Assembly: GCA_035299085.1 (NCBI GenBank)
Contig: DATGXG010000011.1
Span: forward strand, 22,640-86,639
Reading direction: 5' to 3'
DNA length: 64,000 nt
From: Bacteroidales bacterium
Lineage (GTDB): Bacteria > Bacteroidota > Bacteroidia > Bacteroidales > UBA10428
Shown here: positions 29,567 to 39,612 of the stretch, piece after piece
Numbering within the stretch: position 1 is the stretch's first letter
Layout: the number at the start of each line of letters is the position of its first letter
Translations under genes and position numbers: made by a program
Notes under the pieces: model-generated
The model's input: the letters and a program-made list of their open reading frames with translations, nothing else
Told to the model about the DNA's origin: nothing
Database searches by the model: none

Positions 29567-29791
29567 GCTGTAGTCTGTAGTCTGTAGTCTGTTAGTCTGT
29601 TAGTAAAAGTTCTTAAATCTTAGATCGGTGTTCCTGTTCGATGTTTTTGTCAGCGTTTTAGTAATAAGGTTTTCTCTTCCGCCATCGTCCTGCCTGTTCA
29701 GGCAGATTGCTTCTGATCGTAGGAACCGATCATCGCAATGACGGCTTCGATTTACGACTAACAGACTAAGAGACTAACAGACTACAGACTA
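29567..29791. repeat. Composite intergenic repeat: (CTGTAGT)n arm, 37-nt motif, degenerate CGTC palindrome, inverted (ACTACAG)n arm
   Basis: Arms 29567-29604 and 29756-29791; motif 29610-29645; GGCAGATTGCTTC..TCGCAATGACG 29701-29743. Confidence 0.85.
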
Positions 29792-30814
29792 TTGCGCTTC
29801 AACCGGTTTAACCAAAACCGTTCTTTTAACCCCCTTTTTCAGGATGTTCATTTCAACCGTTTTGCCGATTACCTGCTCATTAAGCTGTAAATACAATTCA
29901 TCCACTGACCCTACATCCACATTGTTAAACCGTATGATGACATCACCTGTGTTTACCTGGCTTACATCGATAAGAGCCGGGTTTACGATCGTATGAATAA
30001 GGATACCCCTGTTTTTTCTCAGGTTGTTGAACACAGTGACCCGCTGGGGCAGTATGATCGTCTGTCCTGCAATGCCCAGCGCCGATCTTGTTACTTTGCC
30101 TGCCGTAATAAGCTTGCCAACAACATATTCTGCAACCCTTGATCCGACGGCAAAACATAGTCCCTGAGCCTGTGCTATAATCGCTGTATTTATGCCGATC
30201 ACTTCTCCTGATGTATTGATCAGCGGACCTCCTGAATTACCCGGATTCAGCGGGGCATCGGTCTGTATGACCCCGTCGATCAGCCGGCCTGAATAGCTGT
30301 ACATTGAACGGCCCAGCGAACTGACAACGCCTGTTGTCACTGTTGATTGAAAACCGTAAGGATTTCCGATTGCAATCACCAGCTGACCTGTTCTGAGCCG
30401 CCCTGAATCACCAAACACGGTGTGGATAAAATTCCTGCCGTAAATCCGGATTACCGCGGTATCGGTTGAAGGATCCTGTCCCACCGGTTCTGCCTGGTAA
30501 CTTGTGCCATCGGGCAGGTTCACCTGTATTTGCTTTGATCGGTCGATGACATGACTGTTGGTTACAATAAATCCCTCAGGTGATATTATAAATCCTGACC
30601 CTGTTGCGCCTTCAGGGTTTGTTCCCCGCTGCCTGGTTTCTTTCTTTTCAACAATTATCTGAACAACGGCAGGACTAACCTTTTCAACTGCCCGGATGAT
30701 CATTTGTGAAAAAGGATCCGTTTGGCTGCGGTTATCATTATTTTCAGAGGCATCGGTTTCCCATGCCTGCGTGTTATTATAGGTATCTGCTGAAATATTG
30801 GCAACTTTTCTCAT
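29789..30814 (-). CDS. HtrA/DegS-like trypsin protease with PDZ, no signal peptide
   Basis: TNSHV, DTAV, GNSGGP triad; start at 30814 or 30823 rather than 31012. Confidence 0.9.
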   Translation of the reverse strand: MRKVANISADTYNNTQAWETDASENNDNRSQTDPFSQMIIRAVEKVSPAVVQIIVEKKETRQRGTNPEGATGSGFIISPEGFIVTNSHVIDRSKQIQVNLPDGTSYQAEPVGQDPSTDTAVIRIYGRNFIHTVFGDSGRLRTGQLVIAIGNPYGFQSTVTTGVVSSLGRSMYSYSGRLIDGVIQTDAPLNPGNSGGPLINTSGEVIGINTAIIAQAQGLCFAVGSRVAEYVVGKLITAGKVTRSALGIAGQTIILPQRVTVFNNLRKNRGILIHTIVNPALIDVSQVNTGDVIIRFNNVDVGSVDELYLQLNEQVIGKTVEMNILKKGVKRTVLVKPVEAQ

Positions 30815-30836
30815 AACTTGCATTTTAATGTATATG

Positions 30837-30876
30837 GCGAAAACCACGCCAGAAGGATTTCGGTGACATTTTGTCA
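30837..30876 (-). promoter_or_regulatory. Candidate sigma-54 promoter TGGCGTGGTTTTCGC plus upstream palindrome TGACAAAATGTCA
   Basis: GG-N10-GC spacing at 30851-30837; palindrome 30864-30876. Confidence 0.5.
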
Positions 30877-30909
30877 TTTTTTTACTACTTTTGAAACCTG
30901 TAAAAAGAA

Positions 30910-32772
30910 ATGAAATTGAAGAAGAACATTTGTTTTCTTTTGATACAGCTTCTGATTGTTCTTGGTCAGGGAGTTGCCGCCCAGTTTCAGCCTGCGCCTG
31001 TTGTACGTTCACAGGAAAAAACGATTGTAAACGGGAAGATTTTTTACATACATACTGTTCAGAAAGGCCAGACGCTTTATTCGATCAGCAAAGTTTATGA
31101 AGTTGCACAGGATGACATTAAAAAGGCAAATCCCGATGCTGACCTTGTTAACCTGCGGGAAGGCCTCGCATTAAGGATTCCTGATTCGAAAAATGCAACT
31201 GCTGCAGTATACCCCGAAAACAGGGAGGACTTTGATGCACATGTCATCAAACGCAAAGAGACGATCTATTCTCTTTCAAAAAAATATAAAGTTTCGGAAG
31301 ACGTCATATATTATTATAATCCGTGGGCCAAATACGGAATAAAGCAGGATCAGACACTTTGGATCCCAAAAAACAAAGAATTGCATGATATAACCCCGGA
31401 AGCCAGGGTTGACGATCAATATTACTATTATACAACCAAGGAAAAAGATACGCTTTATTCAATTGCCAAAATCTATGGCGTTGAAGTGGCCGACATTATA
31501 GATGCCAATCCCGAATTACGAAACGGACTAAGACCGGAACAGGCAATTAAAATTCCAAAAATCAGGCAGGTCACTGAAACGGTTCCGGAAACTTCCCTGC
31601 CTGATACCACACCGTGTGTCCCCCCTCAACAGCCCTATACTTTTGAAGTAGCTCTTATGCTTCCTCTTTATGCAACCTTCACAGCTGAGGAAACAGATGC
31701 AGACTCCGTTCAGCGGCGAGGACTAAGAGGACGCAATTTTGCAGAATTCTATGAAGGATTCCTGCTGGCTGTGGATTCGCTTAAGAAAACAGGTTTTTCA
31801 GTTAATCTTCACGTGTATGACACGGAGCGGGACACTATGAGGACTCACAGAGCTGTTAAAGAGCTGGCATCAGGTGAACCCGACCTCATCATCGGGCCGG
31901 TGTATCCGGAGGATGTAAATATAGCCGGCCGGTTTGCCAGTTTTAAAAATATTAAACTTATATCACCACTGTCAACCCGGTCATCACTGGTTGAGCGGTA
32001 TCCGGGCATAGTGCAGATAGTGCCTTCGCGGCAATCAGAAAGCTACGCTCTAGCCAATTTCATAAAGCAATATAAACAGGGAAGAATACTTCTGGTCAGA
32101 GGCTCTGACAGTCTTTCAATGCAGAGCAGCTGGCGGTTCAAAAAATACCTGGCTCAGAATATGCCTTCTGATGAATCCGGGAAGCCTCTTTACTTCCATG
32201 AATACCGGTTGAACGACAGCCTTTTCACCAATTTGAATAAAATCCTTGCCCGCGATCAGCAAAACCTGCTTGTTGTTTTTTCAGATAATGAGGCAGAGGT
32301 TATTCCCCTTGTCACACGGCTTATCCAGCGAACTTCGCTATATCCTGTTACAATGTTCGGTATGCCATCGTGGCAAAGCTGGACCAATGTAGATCTAAAT
32401 TTCCTGCATAATCTTCAGCTTCACATTGTTTCGCCTTTCTATACGGATTTCACCAATCCTCAGGTTAAGAATTATCTATCGAAATCACGCTCCGTTTATG
32501 GCTATGAGCCCTATGAAATCAGTCCCCAGGGATACAATTACAGTATGCTTGGATTTGATATCGGACTTTATTTTCTTTCTGCCCTCAGGCAGTACGGGAA
32601 AAACTTTATGCCCTGCGCTGCTGAAAACCAGGGCGACCAGTTGCTTACCAGGTACCGGTTTATCCGGGATGGTAACGGGGGCTATATGAATAACAATTTC
32701 AGCGTGATTGAATACAAAACTGATTTCAGTGTTCAGAAAATCGCTACGGTAACAGGAGAAGCTTTACCGTAA
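30910..32772 (+). CDS. Secreted multi-LysM protein with C-terminal periplasmic-binding-protein-like domain
   Basis: Three LysM repeats (GQTLYSISK, ETIYSLSKKY, DTLYSIAK); VALMLP, EFYEGFLLA, DLIIGP. Confidence 0.87.
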   Translation: MKLKKNICFLLIQLLIVLGQGVAAQFQPAPVVRSQEKTIVNGKIFYIHTVQKGQTLYSISKVYEVAQDDIKKANPDADLVNLREGLALRIPDSKNATAAVYPENREDFDAHVIKRKETIYSLSKKYKVSEDVIYYYNPWAKYGIKQDQTLWIPKNKELHDITPEARVDDQYYYYTTKEKDTLYSIAKIYGVEVADIIDANPELRNGLRPEQAIKIPKIRQVTETVPETSLPDTTPCVPPQQPYTFEVALMLPLYATFTAEETDADSVQRRGLRGRNFAEFYEGFLLAVDSLKKTGFSVNLHVYDTERDTMRTHRAVKELASGEPDLIIGPVYPEDVNIAGRFASFKNIKLISPLSTRSSLVERYPGIVQIVPSRQSESYALANFIKQYKQGRILLVRGSDSLSMQSSWRFKKYLAQNMPSDESGKPLYFHEYRLNDSLFTNLNKILARDQQNLLVVFSDNEAEVIPLVTRLIQRTSLYPVTMFGMPSWQSWTNVDLNFLHNLQLHIVSPFYTDFTNPQVKNYLSKSRSVYGYEPYEISPQGYNYSMLGFDIGLYFLSALRQYGKNFMPCAAENQGDQLLTRYRFIRDGNGGYMNNNFSVIEYKTDFSVQKIATVTGEALP

Positions 32773-34107
32773 AAGGATTTTGTTGATATACCGGTTTACA
32801 TCGAATTTCCGCTCGCAACCGGCCCTGTTCATGTATCTTATTTTCCCGAAAACACTTCTGTCAGCCCACGCCCTGTCATGTATTCCGCCGATTGACCAGG
32901 CACAGCCTGTATAACCGTTTGGATCACGGCCGTCAAGCTGGTATTTGTCATTGAGGTAAATAGCGGTTTTTAGCGCTGTTTCAGGATTTTCAGACCATTC
33001 AAGTATCTTCTTCGCCCAGTACATTCTCATATATCCATGCATTTTGCCGTTCTGAAGCAACTCTGTCTGCGCTGCATTCCAGAGAGTATCATGGGTTTCA
33101 GCCTGCTCAAACTGTAAGGTACTGTATAAAAACTCCCTCTTATCATCAAGATGTTCCTCGAGTGACTTTAGAGCCCAGGGCTTAAAGCCATGAGCTGTAT
33201 CGTAATCGGAATTATAATAACAGAAATTGTCTGCCAGTTCCCGCCTCACGATCAATTCTTCAAGAAAAGTGTCCGTATTCTCATCTTTCGGATGTCGCAG
33301 GGCAATTTCCAGCGCAATCCGCTGAGCGCTGATATGGCCAAAGTGAAGGAAGGGTGAAAGTCCTGATACGTAATTTTCATTTGGATCATTTCGCTTGGCT
33401 GCAAAATCGCTGATCCCATGTTGTATGAACTTGTCAAAAACCGCACGGGCTCCCTTTTCACCCGGTACAAGGTATTCAACCGGCCTTACAGCGTGATTGA
33501 TTTTAAGAGCGATTAAAATAGCTTCCCATTGTGTTCTCTTTCCCTTAAGAGTTTGACGCTGTTTTACAAGCGGCGGATACTCGTCCATGAATTCAGGCAG
33601 CAGCCTCCCGATTTTCGGCCGGAATGTGGCGGCTGAAAATTCTTCTTTATCTGATGCTGCAAAACAGGGAACTATATTGTGCGCATCCACAATATCCACG
33701 CTTATTTCAACCATGGAGGCTACCTTATTCTGCCACTCCCTCTTAATCCTGAGCGGATCGAAATCCATTACAAGGTGACTAATCTGATTCGATTTAATAT
33801 AACCGGGAATTGTAATCTCAGGATCACCAATCAATACGGAAAAGGATATATTCAGATCGGCAAGCTGTTGTTCTGTTTTCTTCAGTCCCCTTATCATGAA
33901 ATCGTACTGTCTCCAGGTAGCCCCAAGGAAATTGTCTACCAGGTTGAATACTACCATAATCTGCTGATTGTTATTTTCAGCCAGTTCAATGGCATAAGCA
34001 AGTGCCCAGTTGTCATTCACCCGCTGATCCCTGCTCATCCAGTAAAGCACCGGACCAACGGCAGGCCTTCCTTTCCTGAGGGTCTTAACCCTTTTAATGT
34101 TAACCAC
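32764..34107 (-). CDS. phr: Class II CPD photolyase
   Basis: YWMSRDQRVNDNWAL, RRELADNF, MHGYMRMYWAKKILEW, DGRDPNGY. Confidence 0.93.
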   Translation of the reverse strand: MVNIKRVKTLRKGRPAVGPVLYWMSRDQRVNDNWALAYAIELAENNNQQIMVVFNLVDNFLGATWRQYDFMIRGLKKTEQQLADLNISFSVLIGDPEITIPGYIKSNQISHLVMDFDPLRIKREWQNKVASMVEISVDIVDAHNIVPCFAASDKEEFSAATFRPKIGRLLPEFMDEYPPLVKQRQTLKGKRTQWEAILIALKINHAVRPVEYLVPGEKGARAVFDKFIQHGISDFAAKRNDPNENYVSGLSPFLHFGHISAQRIALEIALRHPKDENTDTFLEELIVRRELADNFCYYNSDYDTAHGFKPWALKSLEEHLDDKREFLYSTLQFEQAETHDTLWNAAQTELLQNGKMHGYMRMYWAKKILEWSENPETALKTAIYLNDKYQLDGRDPNGYTGCAWSIGGIHDRAWADRSVFGKIRYMNRAGCERKFDVNRYINKILLR

Positions 34108-34846
34108 GGCATGAAATATTTAGGTGTTCTGCAGCCTCACGATCCAGGTAGAGCTCTGTATTCCGGCTTTCAGAGTATATATAAGTTGCCGGGTATTTTT
34201 CAGAATCGGGTGAATGAAGCGCTATGTCATTAAGTATCCTGCTTTTGTTTTTGCCGGTGACAATGAAAGTTGTCCTTGATGCTTTGATCAGCGTGTTCCC
34301 GGTGAGTGTTATTCTTGATTGACCTGTCACCGGATGGTTGCTGACTTCACAAACCGCATCGGAATTTAACAGGTCCATCCGGTCCGGAAAAATCGATGCA
34401 GTATGCCCGTCTTCACCGATACCAAGGAAAATCCAGTCGAAACCAGGAATGCCATTGTCCGGCTTAACGTGATTAAGTATTTCCTGTGAATAGCGCTTTG
34501 CTTCCTCTTGCGGGTCTTCCTCACCCCTGATCCTGTGCGATTGGATAGTACCGGGCGCAAATTTCCTGATAAAGACCGTGTCAAACAACCCGAAATTGCT
34601 TTCGGGATGATCCTGTGGGACACATCGCTCATCCACCCAGTAAAAGTGTATTTTTCTCCAGGGAAAACTTTTACCCGTTATATCTCCTGTTTTAGAAAGT
34701 TCTTCAAAAAAAAGCTTTGGAGTATTTCCCCCTGAGATGGCAATATTTACATTATCTTTATGAGTAACCAGTTCCATTATCGTTTCATGAAAACGATCGG
34801 CAAGCTTTTCAACCAGGTCATGAACCGATGGATAACATTTAATCAT
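34100..34846 (-). CDS. pgl: 6-phosphogluconolactonase
   Basis: ISGGNTP, WVDERCV, LGIGEDGHTASIFP; follows zwf. Confidence 0.94.
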   Translation of the reverse strand: MIKCYPSVHDLVEKLADRFHETIMELVTHKDNVNIAISGGNTPKLFFEELSKTGDITGKSFPWRKIHFYWVDERCVPQDHPESNFGLFDTVFIRKFAPGTIQSHRIRGEEDPQEEAKRYSQEILNHVKPDNGIPGFDWIFLGIGEDGHTASIFPDRMDLLNSDAVCEVSNHPVTGQSRITLTGNTLIKASRTTFIVTGKNKSRILNDIALHSPDSEKYPATYIYSESRNTELYLDREAAEHLNISCRG

Positions 34847-34848
34847 AT

Positions 34849-36366
34849 TTATAACTCACAATATATTCCTTCAGCCAGGTTTTTGCAGGGATACCTCCAT
34901 GTCATCGTCGAATCATCAATCAGACCGTCGGCTTCCTGTGGCCCCCAGGTTACCGCAGGATATCCGAAAATCGGTATTGACTGATCATTCTCCCATGCCC
35001 TCAATATAGGATCAACTATCTTCCACGATTGTTCAATCGCATCACCACGGGTAAACAATGTGGCATCGCCCTGCATGGCATCAACAAGCAGGCGCTGGTA
35101 GGCTTCCGGCAGGTTTTGCGATCCCAGGTCAGAATAATGAAAATCGAGATTGACATCCTGCACATGAAAACCGGTACCGGGTATTTTCATGCCAATTTTA
35201 AACAGGATGCCTTCGTCGGGTTGTATGCGGATGATTAGCTGATTATCCGAATTCATGCGTCCTTCATCAAAGCAGAACAACCGGTGAGGAGTTGGCCTGA
35301 AATGGACAACGATTTCTGTTACCCTTACCGGGAGGCATTTTCCTGTACGGATATAAAACGGTACTCCTCCCCAGCGCCAGTTGTCAATAAAAAGCCTCAG
35401 GGCCACATAAGTTTCTGTTCGGGAATCAGATGCCACGCCCGGTTCACTTCTGTACCCGTTGTGCTTTATACCGCGCACCATCGACTCGGTGTATTGGCCC
35501 CGGATCACGTCACTCCCTATATTTTCAATACGTCTGACGGAATGAAGCACCTTGAGGGTTTCGTTGCGGATATCGTGTGCATGAATGCGGGTGGGGGGCT
35601 CCATGGCAATAAGCGATACCAGCTGTAACAGGTGATTCTGTACCATATCGCGCAAGGCTCCTGATTTGTCATAGTAGCCTCCGCGGCCTTCCACCCCAAT
35701 GCTTTCAGCGGCGGTTATCTCCACATGATGTATATAATTCCGGTTCCAGAGCGGTTCAAAAATACCGTTGGAAAACCTTGTCACCATTACGTTTTGAACG
35801 GTTTCCTTCCCCAGGTAATGATCAATGCGGTAGATCTGGTCCTCATCGAAACATTGGAGAAGATGGTTGTTTAACAATTGGGCGGATTTCAGGTTAATCC
35901 CGAAAGGTTTTTCAACTATGATCCGTTTCCAGCCGTTATCATTCGCTGTAAGGCCGTTAATACTTAGTCCCGAGGCAACGATCTCATACAGGGAGGGAGG
36001 TGTGGCCAGGTAAAAAATACAATTTCCGCCTGTACCATGGGCTTGCTGCAATTCGTCAATTTTAGTCCTGATGCTTCCGTATTCTGAAGTGTCCATTGTA
36101 TTTACCGAAATGTAATGAAGCATTGAAACAAATGCTTCAATTACATTTTTACCAGGTGTTTTATCACCCGTTTTTGAGAGTTCCGTTGAGATTTTTGTCC
36201 TGAATTCTTCTGATGAAAATTCCTTCCGGCCGACACCAAGAATGGCAAAGCCATCAGGAAGCAATTGCTGTGAGAAGATTTCAAATAGTGCCGGTATTAA
36301 CTTCCGGCTGGTTAAATCACCTGACGCGCCAAAGATAACAAGAAGCTGATTTTCCAATACTTTCAT
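34849..36366 (-). CDS. zwf: Glucose-6-phosphate 1-dehydrogenase
   Basis: GASGDLT, EKPFG, RIDHYLGKE, RDMVQNHLLQ. Confidence 0.97.
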   Translation of the reverse strand: MKVLENQLLVIFGASGDLTSRKLIPALFEIFSQQLLPDGFAILGVGRKEFSSEEFRTKISTELSKTGDKTPGKNVIEAFVSMLHYISVNTMDTSEYGSIRTKIDELQQAHGTGGNCIFYLATPPSLYEIVASGLSINGLTANDNGWKRIIVEKPFGINLKSAQLLNNHLLQCFDEDQIYRIDHYLGKETVQNVMVTRFSNGIFEPLWNRNYIHHVEITAAESIGVEGRGGYYDKSGALRDMVQNHLLQLVSLIAMEPPTRIHAHDIRNETLKVLHSVRRIENIGSDVIRGQYTESMVRGIKHNGYRSEPGVASDSRTETYVALRLFIDNWRWGGVPFYIRTGKCLPVRVTEIVVHFRPTPHRLFCFDEGRMNSDNQLIIRIQPDEGILFKIGMKIPGTGFHVQDVNLDFHYSDLGSQNLPEAYQRLLVDAMQGDATLFTRGDAIEQSWKIVDPILRAWENDQSIPIFGYPAVTWGPQEADGLIDDSTMTWRYPCKNLAEGIYCEL

Positions 36367-36444
36367 CCGATACTAAATAATTTCATTATAAAAATACCAA
36401 AAAAAAATGTTAATTATGCGTTTCAGATATTCACGGGATCTAAG

Positions 36445-37818
36445 ATGAGCCGTAAATTATACATAATATTTATCCTGCTGTTCCTGTTTTCGTGGCATGC
36501 ATTTGCACAGGATGAAACCGAAACCATGGTATCCGAGAGCTTCCTGATCAAATCCGCAGAGGAGGGTGATTCAGTCCAGGTAAAAACTCTTGTTCGTTCA
36601 GGGGTAAATCCCAATTGTACAACATGGGAAGGTGTCACACCTCTGATGTTTGCTTCGCAAAACGGCCATATTAACATAGTAAAGTACCTTCTGTATGCAG
36701 GAGCCAAGCCGAACTTACAGGCCGTCGATGGTAACACGGCATTGATACTGGCTATACAGACCGGGCAGATAGCCATTGCAGAAACACTGATACAAAACAA
36801 GGCCGATATTAACATGGCTAATAATGATGGTGTCACACCTCTTATGCAGGCGATCATGGTGGATAGCTTTTATATTCCCGATATGTTGATTTATTACGGG
36901 GCAAAAGCAGGCGACAAAGATAAAAAGGGTCGGACAGCCCTTATGCTGGCAGCCATGTATGGCAGCTATGATATTGCCCTGGAACTGCTTCAGGCCGGTG
37001 CAGGTGTCAATGATACTGATGAAGAAAAGAACACAGCCCTGCATTATGCCACATTGAACGGGAACAGGCAGGTGATGGATCTGCTGATCGTAAACGGCGC
37101 TGAAATTGATGCAAGAAACACATCAGGATATACTCCTTTGTCAACTGCTGTAGCGCAAAATAATTACAAGGCCGTTGTTTCATTGGTCGGCTACGGGGCC
37201 GATGTGAACAACCCGATCACCCGTTCACTGAATCCGCTCGCACTGGCACTTAACAATAGAAGTGACTCCATAGTGCAAATTCTCAGGATCAATGGTGCAG
37301 AACAAATAAAGCGTCCCGATTTCAACCAGGTATTATTCGGGTTAAACTACATTTTTAATGAAAGCGACAAACAACTTGGCTTTAGTTTGGGTATCCATGA
37401 TTCACGGTTTCATTTTATGCCTTCGATCGGCTATTCATTCAGACCCCAGGCTATAAGAGTCCTTGAGAAAGGAAAGCACAATGAAATGTACCAGTACTGG
37501 GAAAGGCGGCATTACATATATGCAACACTGGATAAGGGTTTTCTTGTGCAGCAATTCAATAAGAACCTCAGCACCGGTGCCTGGGCCGGTTTGTCAGGTG
37601 TTATTACATTCGGAGGCTACAAAGGATCTTCGTTATCGCCGGATACCCGCTTTATACTGGCACCGCGCGCCGGTATGTACCTGAAATTCTCAAATGCAAG
37701 GTTACGGTTCTTCTATGAAATTATGGACCTGCATCTTACCGGATATAATTACGACTGGTTCGGAGTATCACTTGATCTCCTCTTTGATACAGGAAAAGGA
37801 AAATTGAGGTTCCCTTAA
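36445..37818 (+). CDS. Secreted ankyrin-repeat protein with beta-strand-rich C-terminal domain
   Basis: Signal peptide; about 8 ankyrin repeats (GVTPLMFA, GNTALILA, NTALHYA); amphipathic beta strands at C-terminus. Confidence 0.85.
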   Translation: MSRKLYIIFILLFLFSWHAFAQDETETMVSESFLIKSAEEGDSVQVKTLVRSGVNPNCTTWEGVTPLMFASQNGHINIVKYLLYAGAKPNLQAVDGNTALILAIQTGQIAIAETLIQNKADINMANNDGVTPLMQAIMVDSFYIPDMLIYYGAKAGDKDKKGRTALMLAAMYGSYDIALELLQAGAGVNDTDEEKNTALHYATLNGNRQVMDLLIVNGAEIDARNTSGYTPLSTAVAQNNYKAVVSLVGYGADVNNPITRSLNPLALALNNRSDSIVQILRINGAEQIKRPDFNQVLFGLNYIFNESDKQLGFSLGIHDSRFHFMPSIGYSFRPQAIRVLEKGKHNEMYQYWERRHYIYATLDKGFLVQQFNKNLSTGAWAGLSGVITFGGYKGSSLSPDTRFILAPRAGMYLKFSNARLRFFYEIMDLHLTGYNYDWFGVSLDLLFDTGKGKLRFP

Positions 37819-37827
37819 AAAGAAGTT

Positions 37828-38250
37828 ATGAAAACAACGATAGTTCTGATTTTATTCGTCATAATGGTCAGTTCATGTAATGAAAAAATATTCACTGCTG
37901 ATGTGAACTGTGATGAATGTTATATTGATAAGCCGGATAAAGCAGATTTGGCAATTTCAGTCACCATTAACTACAAATATCCCCGGGTTCCGCTTGTGAT
38001 TTATAAAGGAAATATTGAGGCCAACGATATTGTTGCCATTGATACTGCCGAGTCAAGCCCGTATTATATTTATGTGCCAACTGAGCAGTATTATTCGGTT
38101 AAGGCTGAATACAGCAAGGACACAGTAACTACTTACGCAGTGGATGGAACGCACCTTAGATCGCTATCGGTTAACGATGCCTGCGATTCAAAATGTTATG
38201 TTATTACGAATGAAAAGCTGGATGTCCAACTGAAAAAGGAATTCCAGTGA
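37828..38250 (+). CDS. Hypothetical lipoprotein
   Basis: VSSC lipobox; CDEC and CDSKC Cys pairs. Confidence 0.75.
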   Translation: MKTTIVLILFVIMVSSCNEKIFTADVNCDECYIDKPDKADLAISVTINYKYPRVPLVIYKGNIEANDIVAIDTAESSPYYIYVPTEQYYSVKAEYSKDTVTTYAVDGTHLRSLSVNDACDSKCYVITNEKLDVQLKKEFQ

Positions 38251-38637
38251 TTATTGCATCATCACAATGTCAACAACCGAATTTCCGGGTTTCTTGTCTT
38301 TGTACCTGATAAGAATATCATAGAAAGCAGTCTTGTTGCAAACAAAACCCACAGTCTCAAAATATTTCTCATTCAACGAATTGGTAAGTATCATCGTATC
38401 TCCGTCAAGCAGTTCCATAACGGCCTGCCCTGCGTAATTGTCGAGATGATTGGTGATTTTAAATTTATACGAAGTCCCTTTGTTCAGCTTAATTGTCATG
38501 AAATATTCGTTTTCATAATCTTTCGGACTGACCTTTTCAAGCTTAAATCCAATCTGCTTAAGAAATATTTCTTTTTGCTGGGCAAACCCATTCATTCCCA
38601 AAAGAAAGAGAACCCCCAGTATTAAAATTTTTCTCAT
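38251..38637 (-). CDS. Hypothetical secreted protein
   Basis: MRKILILG..GFAQQ signal peptide; start at 38637. Confidence 0.7.
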   Translation of the reverse strand: MRKILILGVLFLLGMNGFAQQKEIFLKQIGFKLEKVSPKDYENEYFMTIKLNKGTSYKFKITNHLDNYAGQAVMELLDGDTMILTNSLNEKYFETVGFVCNKTAFYDILIRYKDKKPGNSVVDIVMMQ

Positions 38638-38700
38638 AATCACTATTAATTTCATTACAAAAGTAAAAATAAGTTCCACTTCAGCATTCAGAGTTATGAA

Positions 38701-39477
38701 CTATTGAACACGTTTAATGGCCAGCCAGCTGTAATCATTGTCGAGCATGATCAGCTTAGCGTTTTCCGAAACCCGGCTTGTAGTTGATTTTGCTAACCTT
38801 TCAATTGTTTTTGAAAGCCTTGCCCTGTACTCTTTCTGGTCGAGTCCTGTGCAAACTGTCTTTCCGTTTCTCATGTAGAACAGAGCTTTCACCTGGCATT
38901 TTTCATCCGTTCCGTTCAGGGCTTCTTCCAGTGCACCAAGCCTGCTCCATTTTCCTGAAGCAACTGACCACCAGTTGTGCGCTCTTTCGATGCTTAATTT
39001 TTTTATCAGGTCTCTTTTCTCTGTTTCATTCATCGTTTCCATTTGGGTCAGGTTATCACCTGTACTGAAATATTCTGTAAAAGTCTTTTTAAGGAAATCA
39101 TTCAGTTCTTCCGCCGGCAAATGAAAACCTGTAAAACCGAAATTCTTAAATGTCAGTTCTTCAAGCAGCCATCCTGCACGGATACAAGCCATGTCAATAT
39201 CATAATCAATAATTTGCCCATGTCCGAAAAATCGCTCGGCACCAGGATATATCAAATCCCCCGTATTTTTAAGTTTCAGGATCTGGCCATTGTTCAGGAG
39301 TTCAATCAATCCCGGGATTCCTTGTTCGCCCAGGTTTTCAATATTTTCTTTTGCAGCGATCACTGTTGGCCAGTCGTTTGATAAAAATTGCTCAAATAAT
39401 TCCTTAACATTCCCGTCCCCGGCTGAAACAGGAATGAGGAAACCCAAGAAAAGCAGGTGGAAAAAGATTTTTTTCAT
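38701..39477 (-). CDS. Hypothetical secreted alpha-helical protein
   Basis: MKKIFF signal peptide at 39477; long open frame. Confidence 0.7.
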   Translation of the reverse strand: MKKIFFHLLFLGFLIPVSAGDGNVKELFEQFLSNDWPTVIAAKENIENLGEQGIPGLIELLNNGQILKLKNTGDLIYPGAERFFGHGQIIDYDIDMACIRAGWLLEELTFKNFGFTGFHLPAEELNDFLKKTFTEYFSTGDNLTQMETMNETEKRDLIKKLSIERAHNWWSVASGKWSRLGALEEALNGTDEKCQVKALFYMRNGKTVCTGLDQKEYRARLSKTIERLAKSTTSRVSENAKLIMLDNDYSWLAIKRVQ

Positions 39478-39612
39478 AAAAATTGAATAATGATTTTGAA
39501 ATCTTTCTTTATTACGAAAATGATTCGCAAAGAGTTGCCATGTCAAAAGCATTTTGATTGTTTGCTGGGTGTTAAAAACAAGCTATATTCGCAATGAGAA
39601 TGAGGAATCATC

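Noticed and set aside
30824..31012. Long N-terminus of HtrA overlapping the LysM gene
   Set aside because: Overlaps a divergent gene and the promoter motifs; a downstream ATG fits better
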